A stretch of 64,000 nucleotides of DNA from Methanobacteriota archaeon (lineage in GTDB: Archaea > Halobacteriota > Bog-38 > Methanoflorentales > Methanoflorentaceae): NCBI GenBank assembly GCA_963720465.1, contig OY970393.1, positions 1,152,001 to 1,216,000 on the forward strand, given 5' to 3'. How positions within the stretch are numbered: position 1 is the stretch's first letter; each line of letters opens with the position of its first letter. The position numbers and the translations under genes are program-made. Below are positions 1 through 10,595 of the stretch, piece after piece. The notes beneath the pieces are model-generated. The model saw only the letters and a list, made by a program, of their open reading frames with translations, searched no databases and was not told where the DNA came from.

Positions 1-10
1 GCCGCGGTGC

Positions 11-1372
11 CTATTCTGTTCGCTCTGCTGCGAGAGAGTCACCGCCCAAACCGACCGCACTAAATATTAGCCTCTCGCGGAACTGCAGTGGGTCAAAAAT
101 TCGCCGAGCGTCGACCACCACCGCCTTAGCCATATGTTCAATGAAGTCATCTGGCGTTAACGCTTTGAATTCCTCCCATTCCGTTGCTACAACACAACAG
201 TGAGCTCCGGTTAAACAGACGGAAATCGAGTCTGCGCATTCGAGCGCCTCAAATCCTGGGAGGAGGATCTCCTTAACAACGGGATCGTACGCGCTCACGT
301 GCGCTCCGGCGGCCATAAGCTGCTTGGCGATCTTCAAAGACGGCGCTTCCCGCAGGTCATCAGTGTTCGGCTTAAATGCGAGACCAAGAAGGGCCACTTT
401 CTTGCCTTCGGGCGCACCGAGAGAGGAGAGAGCCAGCTGTGCGATGTGGCGCGCTTGCGCTTCGTTGACGGTCAAGACCGCGCGCAACAGAGGCGCTCGA
501 TAGCCGCGTCCTTCGGCAAAGTTGCACAGCGCCCTGGCATCCTTAGGCAAACATGAACCGCCAAACCCGGCCCCAGCCTTGAGAAACTGCGGACTAATTC
601 GCGGATCCAGTCCGACGCCTGCCATGACCTGCGAAACGTCAACCCCAGCGACCCCCTCGCAGACATTTGCCATCTCGTTTGCGTAGGATATCTTCGTCGC
701 GAGAAACACGTTGCTTGCGTATTTCACCATTTCTGCCGATTCGAGGCCCATTTTCAAGACAGGAACGGAGCGAGCGTGAAAGTCATCAAGCAGATCCTCA
801 AGCAATTCCCCCGATCTTCTGTCGTACTCACCGATGATGACGCGGTCCGGATACAGCGTATCCTCGAGTGCCGAGCCCTGCCGCAAGAATTCAGGGTTTA
901 CGCAGAGCCCAAAGTCGCGTCCAGCAGCGAGACCTGACGTTCTCTCGATCGCTGGCTTCACGACCTCTCGTGTCGTGCCTGGGGTGACGGTACTCTTGAC
1001 CACCACTACGTGGTAGGTGTCCTCTTTCCGCAATGCCCTGCCGATGTCCTCACTCGCGCTGATGACACAACGCAGATCTATCGTTCCATCTCGCTGACTG
1101 GGCGTCGCAACGGTTATGAAGCTGACATCAGTTTCAGAAACGGCTTTCGCGCGACTGATTTCAGCACGTAGGTGTTTTGATCGGATGCAGTGCTTAACGG
1201 CATCATCCAGTCCTGGCTCGTAAAACGGCGCTCGCTCAGCGTTGATCGTCCGCACGCGCTCTTCGTTCTGCGTGGAAGCAATAACGTGATATCCACGAGA
1301 TGCAAAACCGATGGCCGTGCTCAATCCAACGTAACCTGTCCCAACGATCGATACGCGTCGCATCGAATTCAC
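11..1372 (-). CDS. ugd: UDP-glucose/GDP-mannose 6-dehydrogenase
   Basis: GTGYVG Rossmann motif, VKSTVTPGT, NPEFLRQG, catalytic GFGGSCLPKD, GLAFKPNTDDLREAP. Confidence 0.93.
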   Translation of the reverse strand: MNSMRRVSIVGTGYVGLSTAIGFASRGYHVIASTQNEERVRTINAERAPFYEPGLDDAVKHCIRSKHLRAEISRAKAVSETDVSFITVATPSQRDGTIDLRCVISASEDIGRALRKEDTYHVVVVKSTVTPGTTREVVKPAIERTSGLAAGRDFGLCVNPEFLRQGSALEDTLYPDRVIIGEYDRRSGELLEDLLDDFHARSVPVLKMGLESAEMVKYASNVFLATKISYANEMANVCEGVAGVDVSQVMAGVGLDPRISPQFLKAGAGFGGSCLPKDARALCNFAEGRGYRAPLLRAVLTVNEAQARHIAQLALSSLGAPEGKKVALLGLAFKPNTDDLREAPSLKIAKQLMAAGAHVSAYDPVVKEILLPGFEALECADSISVCLTGAHCCVVATEWEEFKALTPDDFIEHMAKAVVVDARRIFDPLQFRERLIFSAVGLGGDSLAAERTE

Positions 1373-1669
1373 GTGCGTGACTATTCACTTAAATATTGCG
1401 TTGAGGTTGAGTGCACCGATACGGTCTCCGCGGCCATTGCAGACCGCACCGCAAATCACAAAGCTTTTCAAGACAGGCCATTCTAGAGTCCTTGGCGTAC
1501 TTCAGCCGCGAAGGCACGTCAACCTCGTCAAGTTGCTGGCTTTGCACGAACAAAAGGGTCGTCTTGTGTGAAACAAGCGACCATTAATGCGTGGCGCAGC
1601 TCGACCGCGGACTGAGTGCGGTCGCAGCAATGAAGGCCGGGCGAGCGCGCCACAGTCAGGGAGAGGCTA

Positions 1670-2545
1670 ATGATAAAAAAAGCGGTAATACCGGCAGCCG
1701 GGTTGGGCACGCGGTTTCTTCCCGCCACCAAGGTACAGCCGAAAGAAATGCTGCCTATTGTGGATAAGCCGGTCATCCAATTTGTCGTTGAAGAGGCAAT
1801 CGCATCCGGGATTGATGACATCATCATCATCACCGGACGAGGAAAAAGGACGATCGAGGACTACTTTGACCTCTCTCCGGAGCTCGAGAGTTATTTGCTC
1901 AACACAAGTAAGCATCAGCAACTCGACGAGGTACGAACGATCTCCACGTTAGCTGATATACACTACATACGACAGAAAGAGCCACGAGGACTTGGGGATG
2001 CTATTTTAAAAGCAGAAAAGCACGTCGGCGCTGTGCCGTTTGCCGTGTTACTGGGCGATGATATCATACGATCTGACGTTCCTTGTATTAAGCAACTCAC
2101 GAACCTTTTTGCGAAGAAGAGCAACCCGCTGATTGCTGTGGAAAACGTTACACAAGACAAGATACCAAACTACGGCATAATCGAAGGGGAACGAGTGAGC
2201 AATTCGCTTTATCGCCTCAACAACGTTATTGAAAAGCCGACGCTACAGCAAACTCGCTCGCGCTTGGGCATCGTCGGCCGGTATCTGATGACTCCTGACC
2301 TCTTTGATTGCATCAGAGAGGTTCCTCATCGCGTGAAAGACGAACTGCAGCTGACTGATGCAATTAAAATCCTCCTGAATAAGCGCGACGTCTACGCGCA
2401 TGTGATAGAGGGAAAACGATACGACGCAGGGGATAAGATTGGTTATCTAAAAGCAGTGATTGACTTTGCGTTGGAACGAGACGATTTGAGGGGTGAATTA
2501 GCTCAATACCTAGCCGAAAAGGCTTCCGTTTCAAAGGACCACTGA
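1670..2545 (+). CDS. galU: UTP--glucose-1-phosphate uridylyltransferase
   Basis: KKAVIPAAGLGTRFLPATK...PKEMLPIVDKP, RQKEPRGLGDA, VLLGDD, IEKP; GGGAGAGG RBS upstream. Confidence 0.96.
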   Translation: MIKKAVIPAAGLGTRFLPATKVQPKEMLPIVDKPVIQFVVEEAIASGIDDIIIITGRGKRTIEDYFDLSPELESYLLNTSKHQQLDEVRTISTLADIHYIRQKEPRGLGDAILKAEKHVGAVPFAVLLGDDIIRSDVPCIKQLTNLFAKKSNPLIAVENVTQDKIPNYGIIEGERVSNSLYRLNNVIEKPTLQQTRSRLGIVGRYLMTPDLFDCIREVPHRVKDELQLTDAIKILLNKRDVYAHVIEGKRYDAGDKIGYLKAVIDFALERDDLRGELAQYLAEKASVSKDH

Positions 2546-2702
2546 AATGTCTGCACTGAGTACAATTTACTGCACGCGCCCTCCACGTCGTTTTGGAGCT
2601 GCTGACACTAGGACGATGCGAGTAAGCACTACGCGGCCGTTTACAAAGAGAGCCAACGCTGAGTTGTGCAATGAAGAAGCGCATTGAAAAACCAGTGCTC
2701 CT

Positions 2703-2809
2703 GTCGCTTTAACGAGAATAACCTCATCAACGCTGTCTTCGTTGTGCGCGCGCTGCAGCAAGTAGTGGGCATCGCCTTCGAGCACCTCGTAGAGCTCCGG
2801 ATACGTGTA
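2703..2809 (-). pseudogene. Isolated internal fragment of a cupin glucose-6-phosphate isomerase
   Basis: Encodes YTYPELYEVLEGDAHYLLQRAHNEDSVDEVILVKAT, matching 4922-5028 of pgi; the flanks are non-homologous. Confidence 0.9.
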
Positions 2810-2955
2810 TACATCGAGCTGCCGGCGTCGTAGGGCTACTCAAGCCAGCGGCGCATCAATAAACCCTTTTTAGGCAATACACATCGCCGACTCATTATCG
2901 CACATAGGCGTTTCAGCACGTCACCTACTTGTAAAGAAAGAGAAGAGGGATGGGA

Positions 2956-4206
2956 TTAGCTCTGCCTTCTCACTATGTAAGCGGCGATTACGAGTCCGAC
3001 AAAAAAGAGTCCGACAAAAACGATGGCGACCTCGAAGCCGGGCGTCGCGCCCTGACTTGTTGCCGCAGCTGCGTTGCCGATGGCGTAGACGTTGTTCTCC
3101 GCGCTCCCCACGTACACCGTGCCGTTGGCGACGGCGGGAGAGGCGACCACGAAGTGTCCAGTCGTGTAGTTCCAGAGCTGGGCCCCGGTGGTGGCGTTGA
3201 GGGCGTAGACGTTGCCATCAAGGCTCCCGACGTAGACCACCCCGTTGGCAGCGGCGGGAGAGGAGAGCACCTCATCTCCGGTCGCGTAGCTCCAGCGCTT
3301 CGCCCCGGTGGTGGCGTTGAGGGCGTAGACGTTGTTATCCTCGCTTCCCACGTACACCGTGCCGTTGGCGACGGCCGGGGATGAATAAACCTCGGCTCCT
3401 GTCGTATAGTTCCACAGCTTCGCCCCGGTGGTGGCGTTGAGGGCGTAGACGTTGTTATCCTCGCTTCCCACGTACACCGTGCCGTTGGCGACGGCGGGGG
3501 AGGAGACCTCCGCGCTTCTGGTCGTGTAGTTCCAGAGCTGGGCCCCGGTGGTGGCGCTGAGAGCGTAGACGTTGTTGTCATTGCTCCCCACGTACACCGT
3601 GCTGTTGGCGACGGCGGGAGAGGAGACCACCGCGCTTCTGGTCGTGAAGCTCCACACGAAGACCCCGGTGGTGGCGTTGAGAGCGTAGACGTTGTTATCC
3701 TCGCTTCCCACGTAGACCATCCCGTTAACGACGGCAGGAGAGGAAAGAACGGGGTCTCCGGTCGTGTAGTTCCACAGCTTCGCCCCGCTGGTGGCGTTGA
3801 GGGCGTAGACGTTGCGGTCCTCGCTCCCCACGTAGACGACGCCGTTTGCAATGGCGGGGGAAGAAGGGGAAGAGTACACATTGTTTCTCGTCGCGAAGCT
3901 CCACGTCTGCTTGCCGGTGGTGGCGTTGAGGGCGTAGATGTTGCCATCATCGCTCCCAACGTAGACGACGCCGTTTGCAATGGCGGGGGAGGATTCCACC
4001 GCGCCACTGGTTGTGTAGGTCCACTTCAACTGGATGTTTGGCTGAACAGACCCCGCCACGGGGCTGTAATCGCCGGTGTGCTGGGCGCTGTAGCGGAACT
4101 GCATCGTATCGTACTGCGCTGCTGCGGGAACGGTTGCAACGCCTGCAAATAGCACGGCAATGAGAAGAATGACTACAGAAAATGAAACGGTTTTGTATAC
4201 GCGCAT
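2956..4206 (-). CDS. PQQ-like (BamB-type) beta-propeller surface protein with signal peptide and PGF-CTERM anchor
   Basis: Likely start MRVYKTVSFSVVILLIAVLFAG at 4206, behind a TATA-like element; the longer track ORF runs through non-coding DNA. About 8 SSPAVANGTVYVGS..NVYALNATTG..W repeats; C-terminal TPGF + TM helix + RR (archaeosortase A substrate). Confidence 0.9.
   Translation of the reverse strand: MRVYKTVSFSVVILLIAVLFAGVATVPAAAQYDTMQFRYSAQHTGDYSPVAGSVQPNIQLKWTYTTSGAVESSPAIANGVVYVGSDDGNIYALNATTGKQTWSFATRNNVYSSPSSPAIANGVVYVGSEDRNVYALNATSGAKLWNYTTGDPVLSSPAVVNGMVYVGSEDNNVYALNATTGVFVWSFTTRSAVVSSPAVANSTVYVGSNDNNVYALSATTGAQLWNYTTRSAEVSSPAVANGTVYVGSEDNNVYALNATTGAKLWNYTTGAEVYSSPAVANGTVYVGSEDNNVYALNATTGAKRWSYATGDEVLSSPAAANGVVYVGSLDGNVYALNATTGAQLWNYTTGHFVVASPAVANGTVYVGSAENNVYAIGNAAAATSQGATPGFEVAIVFVGLFFVGLVIAAYIVRRQS
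3075..3995 (-). repeat. About 120-bp tandem repeats encoding 40-aa propeller blades
   Basis: ccccggtggtggcgttgagggcgtagacgttg recurs with a 120-nt period (3181, 3301, 3421, 3541, 3661, 3781). Confidence 0.92.
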
Positions 4207-4224
4207 GACTCGAACGTTCGTTGG

Positions 4225-4345
4225 CCTAAAAAATGTCAAAGGATAATAAAGGCTCCGATTTGAAACCGGTAGCGAGAGGCAGCACTCAATGCGCTCTGGG
4301 CCTTGAAATCGAAAAAGAAATAATGAGCTAGGAACTACGGAGAGG
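4225..4345 (-). promoter_or_regulatory. Conserved upstream element copy 1 with TATA-like CCTTTATTAT
   Basis: ataaaggc..tgaaaccggtagc.agaggcagcactcaatgcg..ggccttgaaat-A-tract is shared with 11135-11240 and 14630-14750. Confidence 0.7.
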
Positions 4346-4354
4346 CTTCGCTCC

Positions 4355-4522
4355 TGAGAGAGCGTTGTGCCGCTACTCAAGGTGGCGTTGAAGGTGACCT
4401 GCTGGTTGACAACGGGAGTGCGGTTTGACGCGGTGAGGGTGAGCGCGGTCGACATCTTAGTGACGTTCACGTTCACCGTGTTGCTCGTGGCGTTCAGGTA
4501 CGTAGCGTTGCCGTCGTAGCGG
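4355..4522 (-). pseudogene. Orphan fragment of Ig-like stalk modules
   Basis: YDGNATYLNATSNTVNVNVTKMSTALTLTASNRTPVVNQQVTFNATLSSGTTL matches the B/A module junction of the surface proteins at 11.4-24.8 kb. Confidence 0.85.
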
Positions 4523-4569
4523 TGCATTGGGCGTCCTCGTCGGCCGCTTATGCCCCCCATCGCCTCAGC

Positions 4570-5337
4570 TTAGCGATTGTAGAGTTCCTGAAAGAGCTCG
4601 GTGTGCCTCTCTGGCACCGTAAGGAACTCCAGGAGGTGGGGCTCTTCGATAAGCTCGTACATCGGTTTTCGTTTTATCAGCCCTTGGTCGGGCACCTCGA
4701 CCGGGTAGGCGACCCTGATCTCCGGCACGCGATGATACGCTCTGTTGTGCAACAATCTGCCGTTGATGAGCTCATAGTACGCGCCGCCGTGGAGAGCGGC
4801 GTAGGGCTCGTAGAGTGACTCGAACGACCGGCACACCCAATTGGCCATTTTGAGCGTTCGTTCAGACGGATTGATCGTCACGTGACCGTAATTCGGCGGG
4901 ATGATGACCTTGTCGCCCCGCGTCGCCTTAACTAGAATAACCTCATCAACGTTGTCTTCGTTGTGCGCGCGTTGCAGCAGGTAGTGGGCGTCTCCTTCGA
5001 GCACCTCGTAGAGCTCCGGATACGTATACCGAAGCTTCGGATTGACGCGCGGGTGGTAGTGCCCGTACGTCTTGACGAACTCAAGCCCCATGTTGAACGG
5101 GGGGATGATCGTAATGTCATAGCGGAGCTGATGATGTACAATGGTCTCCGAGTCCGCGGGGGTAAGCGTAAGGTCACGATACATGTAGTACGCATCGCGA
5201 TCCGGCGCCGCCTCAAACCACGCACTGTCGAAGGCGACGTCACGAAGGCCGTACAGCCGCCTGACGTCCGGTTCGATCAGCTGTTCTCCAAACTTGAGCT
5301 TCATGACTTTTTCGCTCCCAAACCGAGGAATGGCCAT
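4570..5337 (-). CDS. pgi: Glucose-6-phosphate isomerase, archaeal cupin type
   Basis: YYMYRD, LRYDITIIPP, KTYGHYHP, YPELYEVLEG, IPPNYGHVTINP; the start may be MKLKFG at about 5304. Confidence 0.9.
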   Translation of the reverse strand: MAIPRFGSEKVMKLKFGEQLIEPDVRRLYGLRDVAFDSAWFEAAPDRDAYYMYRDLTLTPADSETIVHHQLRYDITIIPPFNMGLEFVKTYGHYHPRVNPKLRYTYPELYEVLEGDAHYLLQRAHNEDNVDEVILVKATRGDKVIIPPNYGHVTINPSERTLKMANWVCRSFESLYEPYAALHGGAYYELINGRLLHNRAYHRVPEIRVAYPVEVPDQGLIKRKPMYELIEEPHLLEFLTVPERHTELFQELYNR

Positions 5338-5813
5338 TCAATTTCTCACCGCTCCCTTAACTACCTTTCCGTTTTCGGACGTTGCTCCATAGGAGAGACG
5401 TAGCGATGCCGTGCGGCAGTCGAACAGTCGACAGCAAAAAACTACGGATGCTTATGCCAACGCACAGAGGACATTAATCGGAGATGCGTGCCGCGAGTTG
5501 AATTTTTTGAGGAATCTAGCAATGCTAATTTATCTTCAGCCCGTAGAATCTGCTCATAAGCGAGCTTGTTGTCAACCTTAAGTAATTTCTTTGAATACTG
5601 AGTAGGTAGATTTATGCTTGCCGGTTTCAATAACAGTGTGTTTTCGCCCCCACGGGTTGTGTCGCAGCGTTTGCGGATAGTTCATCCGAGGCAGCACGGA
5701 GAGCACCAGCAGGCAGCACGGCTGAAAGATTGAATTTGTCAACTTTGCTATGCTAGGCTTTCATTTTTCAATACCAACGATCAAACTGGACATTCACGAA
5801 TGATGACGCAACG

Positions 5814-6905
5814 ATGAGAGAAGTTTGCGCAACAACAGTCGCCTACAACAATCCAAAAGAACTCACGCGCCTGCTCTTGTCACTTGCAAATCAAGGGCCG
5901 GCCTTAAGTGGACTCATCGTGATCGATAACTCAGATCATTGGAATGCAGCAGAAAACAGGAAAGTATTCGACACTCACTCTAAGCAATACCCATTTGCCC
6001 TCTATTATAAAACCAAAAGCAACGTGGGCTCAGCCGGCGGCTTCTACCGCGGAATGAAGATTGCCCACGAGAACGGTTTCGACTGGGTATGGCTCTTAGA
6101 TCAGGACGGAGTTATATCAGACCTCTGTCTGACTAAGTTGCTGAAGCGCGCCAGCAATGGCGATATTCTTTGTCCAAAATGGGTCGATATAGACCGGCCT
6201 GAGGTGATTTTAACATATGAGAGAGGCAAGAAAAACTTTTTTGGTCATTTGTGTCCCGTTCATTTGAGTGCGGACAAGTGCCAAATAGACGTTTTTGCAA
6301 CGCACGGGGTTCTAATTTCAAAGAAAGTCATGGACTCGATCGGGTATTATGACGGTTGCAACTTCTTTGTGGGATACGAAGATTACGATTACGCGCATCG
6401 AGCGCGAGAGGCGAAATTTGCGATTATAGCTGTCGATGCAGCTGAAGTCAGGCATCCGGAGACCCTCGCCGCAAAAAAGCGCAGAGAGGCTTTACTCAAA
6501 CAAGATGCAACCGCTCTACAAAAATCTGATCTAAACACGGTAAGCTCCACGAGGGTTGCAATTGGAGATGAGTTAAAGTCTGCGCTTGTCGCCAAGCTAC
6601 GTCCAGTGCGTCCAGCACATTTAGGTTACATAACTAATCCCAGTCGCAATCAGCGCTGTTGCCAGAAGGATAAGTCCTTAACGACCTTTTCAATGTTCTA
6701 TTTTTTCACTGAAAGCCTAAAAAGTTGGCAGTTTGCTATCGCATTTTTGTTCTCATGTTGTGAGCTGTTCAGCAAATTCGCAAGAGGAAATGAAATATGC
6801 GTGAAAAAAACGCTGAATGCTTACGTGAAATGCCTCGCGTCGAACAAGAGAAAGGAGTGGCCTTACGGCTGCGTTGAAGAATTCTGTCGGCACATCCTTG
6901 AATAG
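5814..6905 (+). CDS. Glycosyltransferase family 2 (rhamnosyl/galactofuranosyltransferase-like)
   Basis: VIDNS, NVGSAGGF, WVWLLDQD (DxD), FFVGYEDYDY. Confidence 0.88.
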   Translation: MREVCATTVAYNNPKELTRLLLSLANQGPALSGLIVIDNSDHWNAAENRKVFDTHSKQYPFALYYKTKSNVGSAGGFYRGMKIAHENGFDWVWLLDQDGVISDLCLTKLLKRASNGDILCPKWVDIDRPEVILTYERGKKNFFGHLCPVHLSADKCQIDVFATHGVLISKKVMDSIGYYDGCNFFVGYEDYDYAHRAREAKFAIIAVDAAEVRHPETLAAKKRREALLKQDATALQKSDLNTVSSTRVAIGDELKSALVAKLRPVRPAHLGYITNPSRNQRCCQKDKSLTTFSMFYFFTESLKSWQFAIAFLFSCCELFSKFARGNEICVKKTLNAYVKCLASNKRKEWPYGCVEEFCRHILE

Positions 6906-7123
6906 AGTTAGGCTTTGCACGAAGCCAGCAAGGTGCAAGCAAATGACCGTCGGCTTGAAAGCGTTTAACAATCGCTTAAAAGTTTTTTAAGTTGAGACGG
7001 TAAAAAGCTGCATTTCCTCGCGGCTCACTACTAGTTTTGCATTTGATTTATTTAGGTTGACGTGTCGGTCAAGGGAACTCATTAGATAAGAAGTATCTGT
7101 CGAGTTTGAAGCTGCGAATCACC

Positions 7124-8575
7124 TTAGTAAGTGCCCCTGTAAATCCCATAAATGAGTTTGAGCTCTCGTATGGTGAAACCCCGCAGCGCAAGCAAAATAG
7201 CCAGATAGAGTACTGCGGCAAGTGCGATCGATACGAGTATGCTCAGGAGCCCAGAGGGATTCCATAAGAGTAAAAATAGGGCCATAATACTCGAGCCGCA
7301 GACACTTTTCACGATGAATCCTTTGCTCACGTCAAACGTAAAATATCTTAGCGAGTAGTGTGTAGTCAACAGGAAAGCGAGCAGGAATGCGAGGAAAGTG
7401 GTCAGTGCGGCAGCTACGAGGCCCAGATAGGGGATAAGTACTAAGTTTAGACCGAAATTCAACACGGCACTGAGTAGCCATATCGTGCCAATGACGGCAG
7501 TCTTCTTTTTTAATGCGATTATCGTAACAAGCACCCCGTACGCTCCAATGAGCGCAAATCCTGCTGCAACAAACGGAGTGACTAAATAGCCGTTTGTTGC
7601 AATCTGCTGCGTGGTTAACACAAGCAAAAGAGGCTTTGACAAAACCGACAAGGCAAAAACGCAAGGTAATGCTATTCCCGCATAATACTTCAGTGAATAC
7701 GTCAAGATCGTGCGTACATCCGCTATATTGTTGTCGTCGTAGTATTTTGAGAGGACCGGCGGAAGCAGTGTCGCTAATGGTGCTGAGACCATGCCGATGG
7801 CAGCCCCTAGGTTATATCCCGGCGAATAATAGCCGACCGCTGCGGCACCTAAAAAAAACGCAATGAGATAGCGATCGCTTGAATTTACGACCCAAACCGA
7901 TAGATTGCCCGGCACTAAAGGTAAGCCATAAGCGAGGTATTGTCTCGCGTGCTTAAAGGTGGGGATCGCAAAACCAATCTCCGCGGCGATGGGATACATT
8001 ATCACGGCCAATACCACAAGTTGCTGGATTAAGAGTGCGATCACCGCGCCCTCCAATCCGTAACCCGAAAGAACGAAATAAGCAACCAGAGCCGTGTTTA
8101 GGTACGCGTTGAAAAAGCTTAGGACAGCGTACCGTTTGATCTGCTGGAATGTTACAAAATACTGCATGACATAAACAGTCAGGCACGCAATGAAGACGTT
8201 CGGTACAAGCAGCAGGGCTATGGCCGTATTGTTATGAAATAAGCTTGCCGCGATTTGTGGCACAAATAAAAAGAGCAGCACAGAAATAATCGAGCTTGTA
8301 AGCACTACGATGAATCCCATGGAGTAGAACGCCTCGCGGATGTCACGTTTGTCCGTCGCTGCAGCAAGAAATCGAGTCATTGCGGCTGGTAGCCCTAAAC
8401 TCACAAGCACAGGCAATAGGCTGATTGTAATAAGGATCAAAGCCCAAGCTCCATAGTCAGCTATAGGGAGGGTTTTTGTCAGAATAGGGAGCAGAATGAT
8501 ATTGCTGAGATATACAAGTGGAGATATTAACGAGGTCAACCCCAGTCGCCGAACAGTGAGTGTATATTTTGCCAT
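7124..8575 (-). CDS. Oligosaccharide flippase (Wzx/MOP superfamily)
   Basis: Many TM segments, LPILTKTL..DYG, SLGLPAAMTRF, SSDRYLIAFFLGAAAVGYYS. Confidence 0.9.
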   Translation of the reverse strand: MAKYTLTVRRLGLTSLISPLVYLSNIILLPILTKTLPIADYGAWALILITISLLPVLVSLGLPAAMTRFLAAATDKRDIREAFYSMGFIVVLTSSIISVLLFLFVPQIAASLFHNNTAIALLLVPNVFIACLTVYVMQYFVTFQQIKRYAVLSFFNAYLNTALVAYFVLSGYGLEGAVIALLIQQLVVLAVIMYPIAAEIGFAIPTFKHARQYLAYGLPLVPGNLSVWVVNSSDRYLIAFFLGAAAVGYYSPGYNLGAAIGMVSAPLATLLPPVLSKYYDDNNIADVRTILTYSLKYYAGIALPCVFALSVLSKPLLLVLTTQQIATNGYLVTPFVAAGFALIGAYGVLVTIIALKKKTAVIGTIWLLSAVLNFGLNLVLIPYLGLVAAALTTFLAFLLAFLLTTHYSLRYFTFDVSKGFIVKSVCGSSIMALFLLLWNPSGLLSILVSIALAAVLYLAILLALRGFTIRELKLIYGIYRGTY

Positions 8576-9143
8576 TTACTTGGCCTGTCCTGCGCGATAC
8601 AATGCGATCGGTGGCTTACTGTAATATTCGGCCGTTTTTTTACCTGCCGTTGTCACGCAAAGCTCGCGCTAGATCACAAAGATGGTGGAGTTGACCTTCA
8701 ATCCATCTTCGCGTAGTCTCTCTTTTTCGCAATGTCTTTAACTCTCCCAGCGTACGTCGCTAGCCTTTGAAAGAGTACCTGGGATAATGCACCGTTTATA
8801 CCTCTTCACGAAATGCGTGCGCTATATTTGATTCTTCATTCTAATAGCAAGCAAATTAACAAATACCCATTGGTTAGAATTGATACTGACATACAAAAAC
8901 ACCAAATTACTTTAACGATTGTTCGGCTCTGTCATTTTGATGCAGCCCGGAAGAGGTTACTTTTGGACGAGTCTAAGGAACAAAATCAAATACAGGCGTT
9001 TGCCGAAGCTCAAATTCATTGGCTTTATGCTCTTCTTACTCAAGGCAGTGCTTGCATTAAACTAAATCGACCTGCAAACAGCACGTCCAGGGCGTCAGGT
9101 TCCTCAATGCTCGCTCACCTTCCGTATCGTTTGTGCACATGCG

Positions 9144-10595
9144 TTATCGCTGTCTCACGAGAAAACTGCTGAAGAAACGTACCTCGCTTGCGGTAAATCC
9201 TTTGAGGACAAACAGGATCGCTGTGTAGGCGACGGCGCAGGTCACGATCAGCGCGGAGACGCTCAACAATCCGGAGGCGTGCCATACCAGAACAAACGAC
9301 GATACCACGATCGATGCAAAAATACTTTTTAAAATGAAGCCAAAGTCCACATCGAGCGTCATATGTCGAACAGAATAAATCGCCGTAACCCCGAAAACAA
9401 AGCCGTAGCCCAGCACCGTCGTCAGAGCCGCAGCTATGATTCCAAAATAGGGAACGAGGACCAGATTAAGTCCGATGTTTAATGTCGCACCCAGGACCCA
9501 CATCGTGCCGATAATCGCCGTCCTTTTTTCAAACGTGAGCACGATCATGATTATAGACCACACTCCAAACAGCAGAGAGCTCAACGCGGTGAACGGCGTG
9601 ACCAGATAGCCGTTCGCAGCTATTGCAGGGGTCGTTAGTACCAGCAGTATAGGCTTCGACAGAACTGAAAACACGAACGCTGCGGGCACGGCAACGGCGA
9701 GGAAGTATTTTACCGAGTACCTGATAATCGTCTTCACGTCCGCAATTCTGTTTGCCTCATAATGCTCGTAGAGAGCCGTCGGAACTAGAATCGTAAAGGG
9801 CGTCGCCAAAACACTGATCGTCCAGCCAAGCTGGTACCCTGGGGAGTAGTACCCGACCCACGCGACACCTAAGAAGAACGTAATGATGTACCGATCGCTG
9901 ACACCTAACGCCCAACTCGACACGCTGCTGGGCACAAAAGGTAGGCCGTATTTTAGATACGCCTTTAGCTCAGAGAAACTCGGCATGGTCACCCCGATAT
10001 CTCTCAGGACGTAATAGGTCGAGATCAGGGCTATGAGTAGCAAAGTGATGAGATACCCGAAAACAGCTCCGGCGAGTCCGAGACCACCCACCACGAACGC
10101 TGCGATGAGTATAACGTAGAGAGCGGCCTGAAGCAACGAGACAATCGAGTATCGTTTCGCCTGTTGAAATGTCCTGAAGTAGGTCTGTGGCACGTAGTTG
10201 TACGCGGCCAAAAACGTGATTAATGGCAATAAGAGGGCGACGGTACGGTTACCGCCGAGCAAATGAGTAGCGACCGAATGTCCAAAGAAGAGAAGAAAGA
10301 GACTCGAAACAAAACCTACACCGAGAACAACGAGAGCGATAGAGTAGTAGCCTTCACGTATCTCGTCTTTGTTTTTTACCGGAGCTAGAAACCGTACCAT
10401 TGAATTCGGTAGGCCTAAAAGCACCACCATTGGCACAAAGTTGGCTGTAACGACGATTAACGACCAGATCCCGTAATCCTGAATTGTCAGGATCTTCGTC
10501 AGGATCGGTAGCAAGAGGACAGGACTGAACGAAACCACAAGGTTAGCTAGTCCCGTCAGCCCGATTCGTTTGACCAAAAGCTCGTAGTCACTCAC
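9144..10595 (-). CDS. Oligosaccharide flippase (Wzx/MOP superfamily), paralog of 7124-8575
   Basis: Same length (483 aa) and motifs: LPILTKIL..DYG, SDRYIITFFLG..VGYYSPGY. Confidence 0.9.
   Translation of the reverse strand: MSDYELLVKRIGLTGLANLVVSFSPVLLLPILTKILTIQDYGIWSLIVVTANFVPMVVLLGLPNSMVRFLAPVKNKDEIREGYYSIALVVLGVGFVSSLFLLFFGHSVATHLLGGNRTVALLLPLITFLAAYNYVPQTYFRTFQQAKRYSIVSLLQAALYVILIAAFVVGGLGLAGAVFGYLITLLLIALISTYYVLRDIGVTMPSFSELKAYLKYGLPFVPSSVSSWALGVSDRYIITFFLGVAWVGYYSPGYQLGWTISVLATPFTILVPTALYEHYEANRIADVKTIIRYSVKYFLAVAVPAAFVFSVLSKPILLVLTTPAIAANGYLVTPFTALSSLLFGVWSIIMIVLTFEKRTAIIGTMWVLGATLNIGLNLVLVPYFGIIAAALTTVLGYGFVFGVTAIYSVRHMTLDVDFGFILKSIFASIVVSSFVLVWHASGLLSVSALIVTCAVAYTAILFVLKGFTASEVRFFSSFLVRQR

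Noticed and set aside
3075-3995. CRISPR-like periodic repeats
   Set aside because: The 120-bp in-frame coding repeats have no unique spacers, and there are no cas genes
4207-4560. N-terminal 118 aa of the 534-aa track ORF
   Set aside because: It is a chance read-through of an Ig-module relic and the conserved promoter element; the real signal peptide starts at 4206
8600-9140. AT-rich spacer between flippases with a 119-aa plus-strand ORF; similar unexplained spacers at 5440-5640, 43330-43860 and 46600-47370
   Set aside because: No recognisable motifs; probably gene debris
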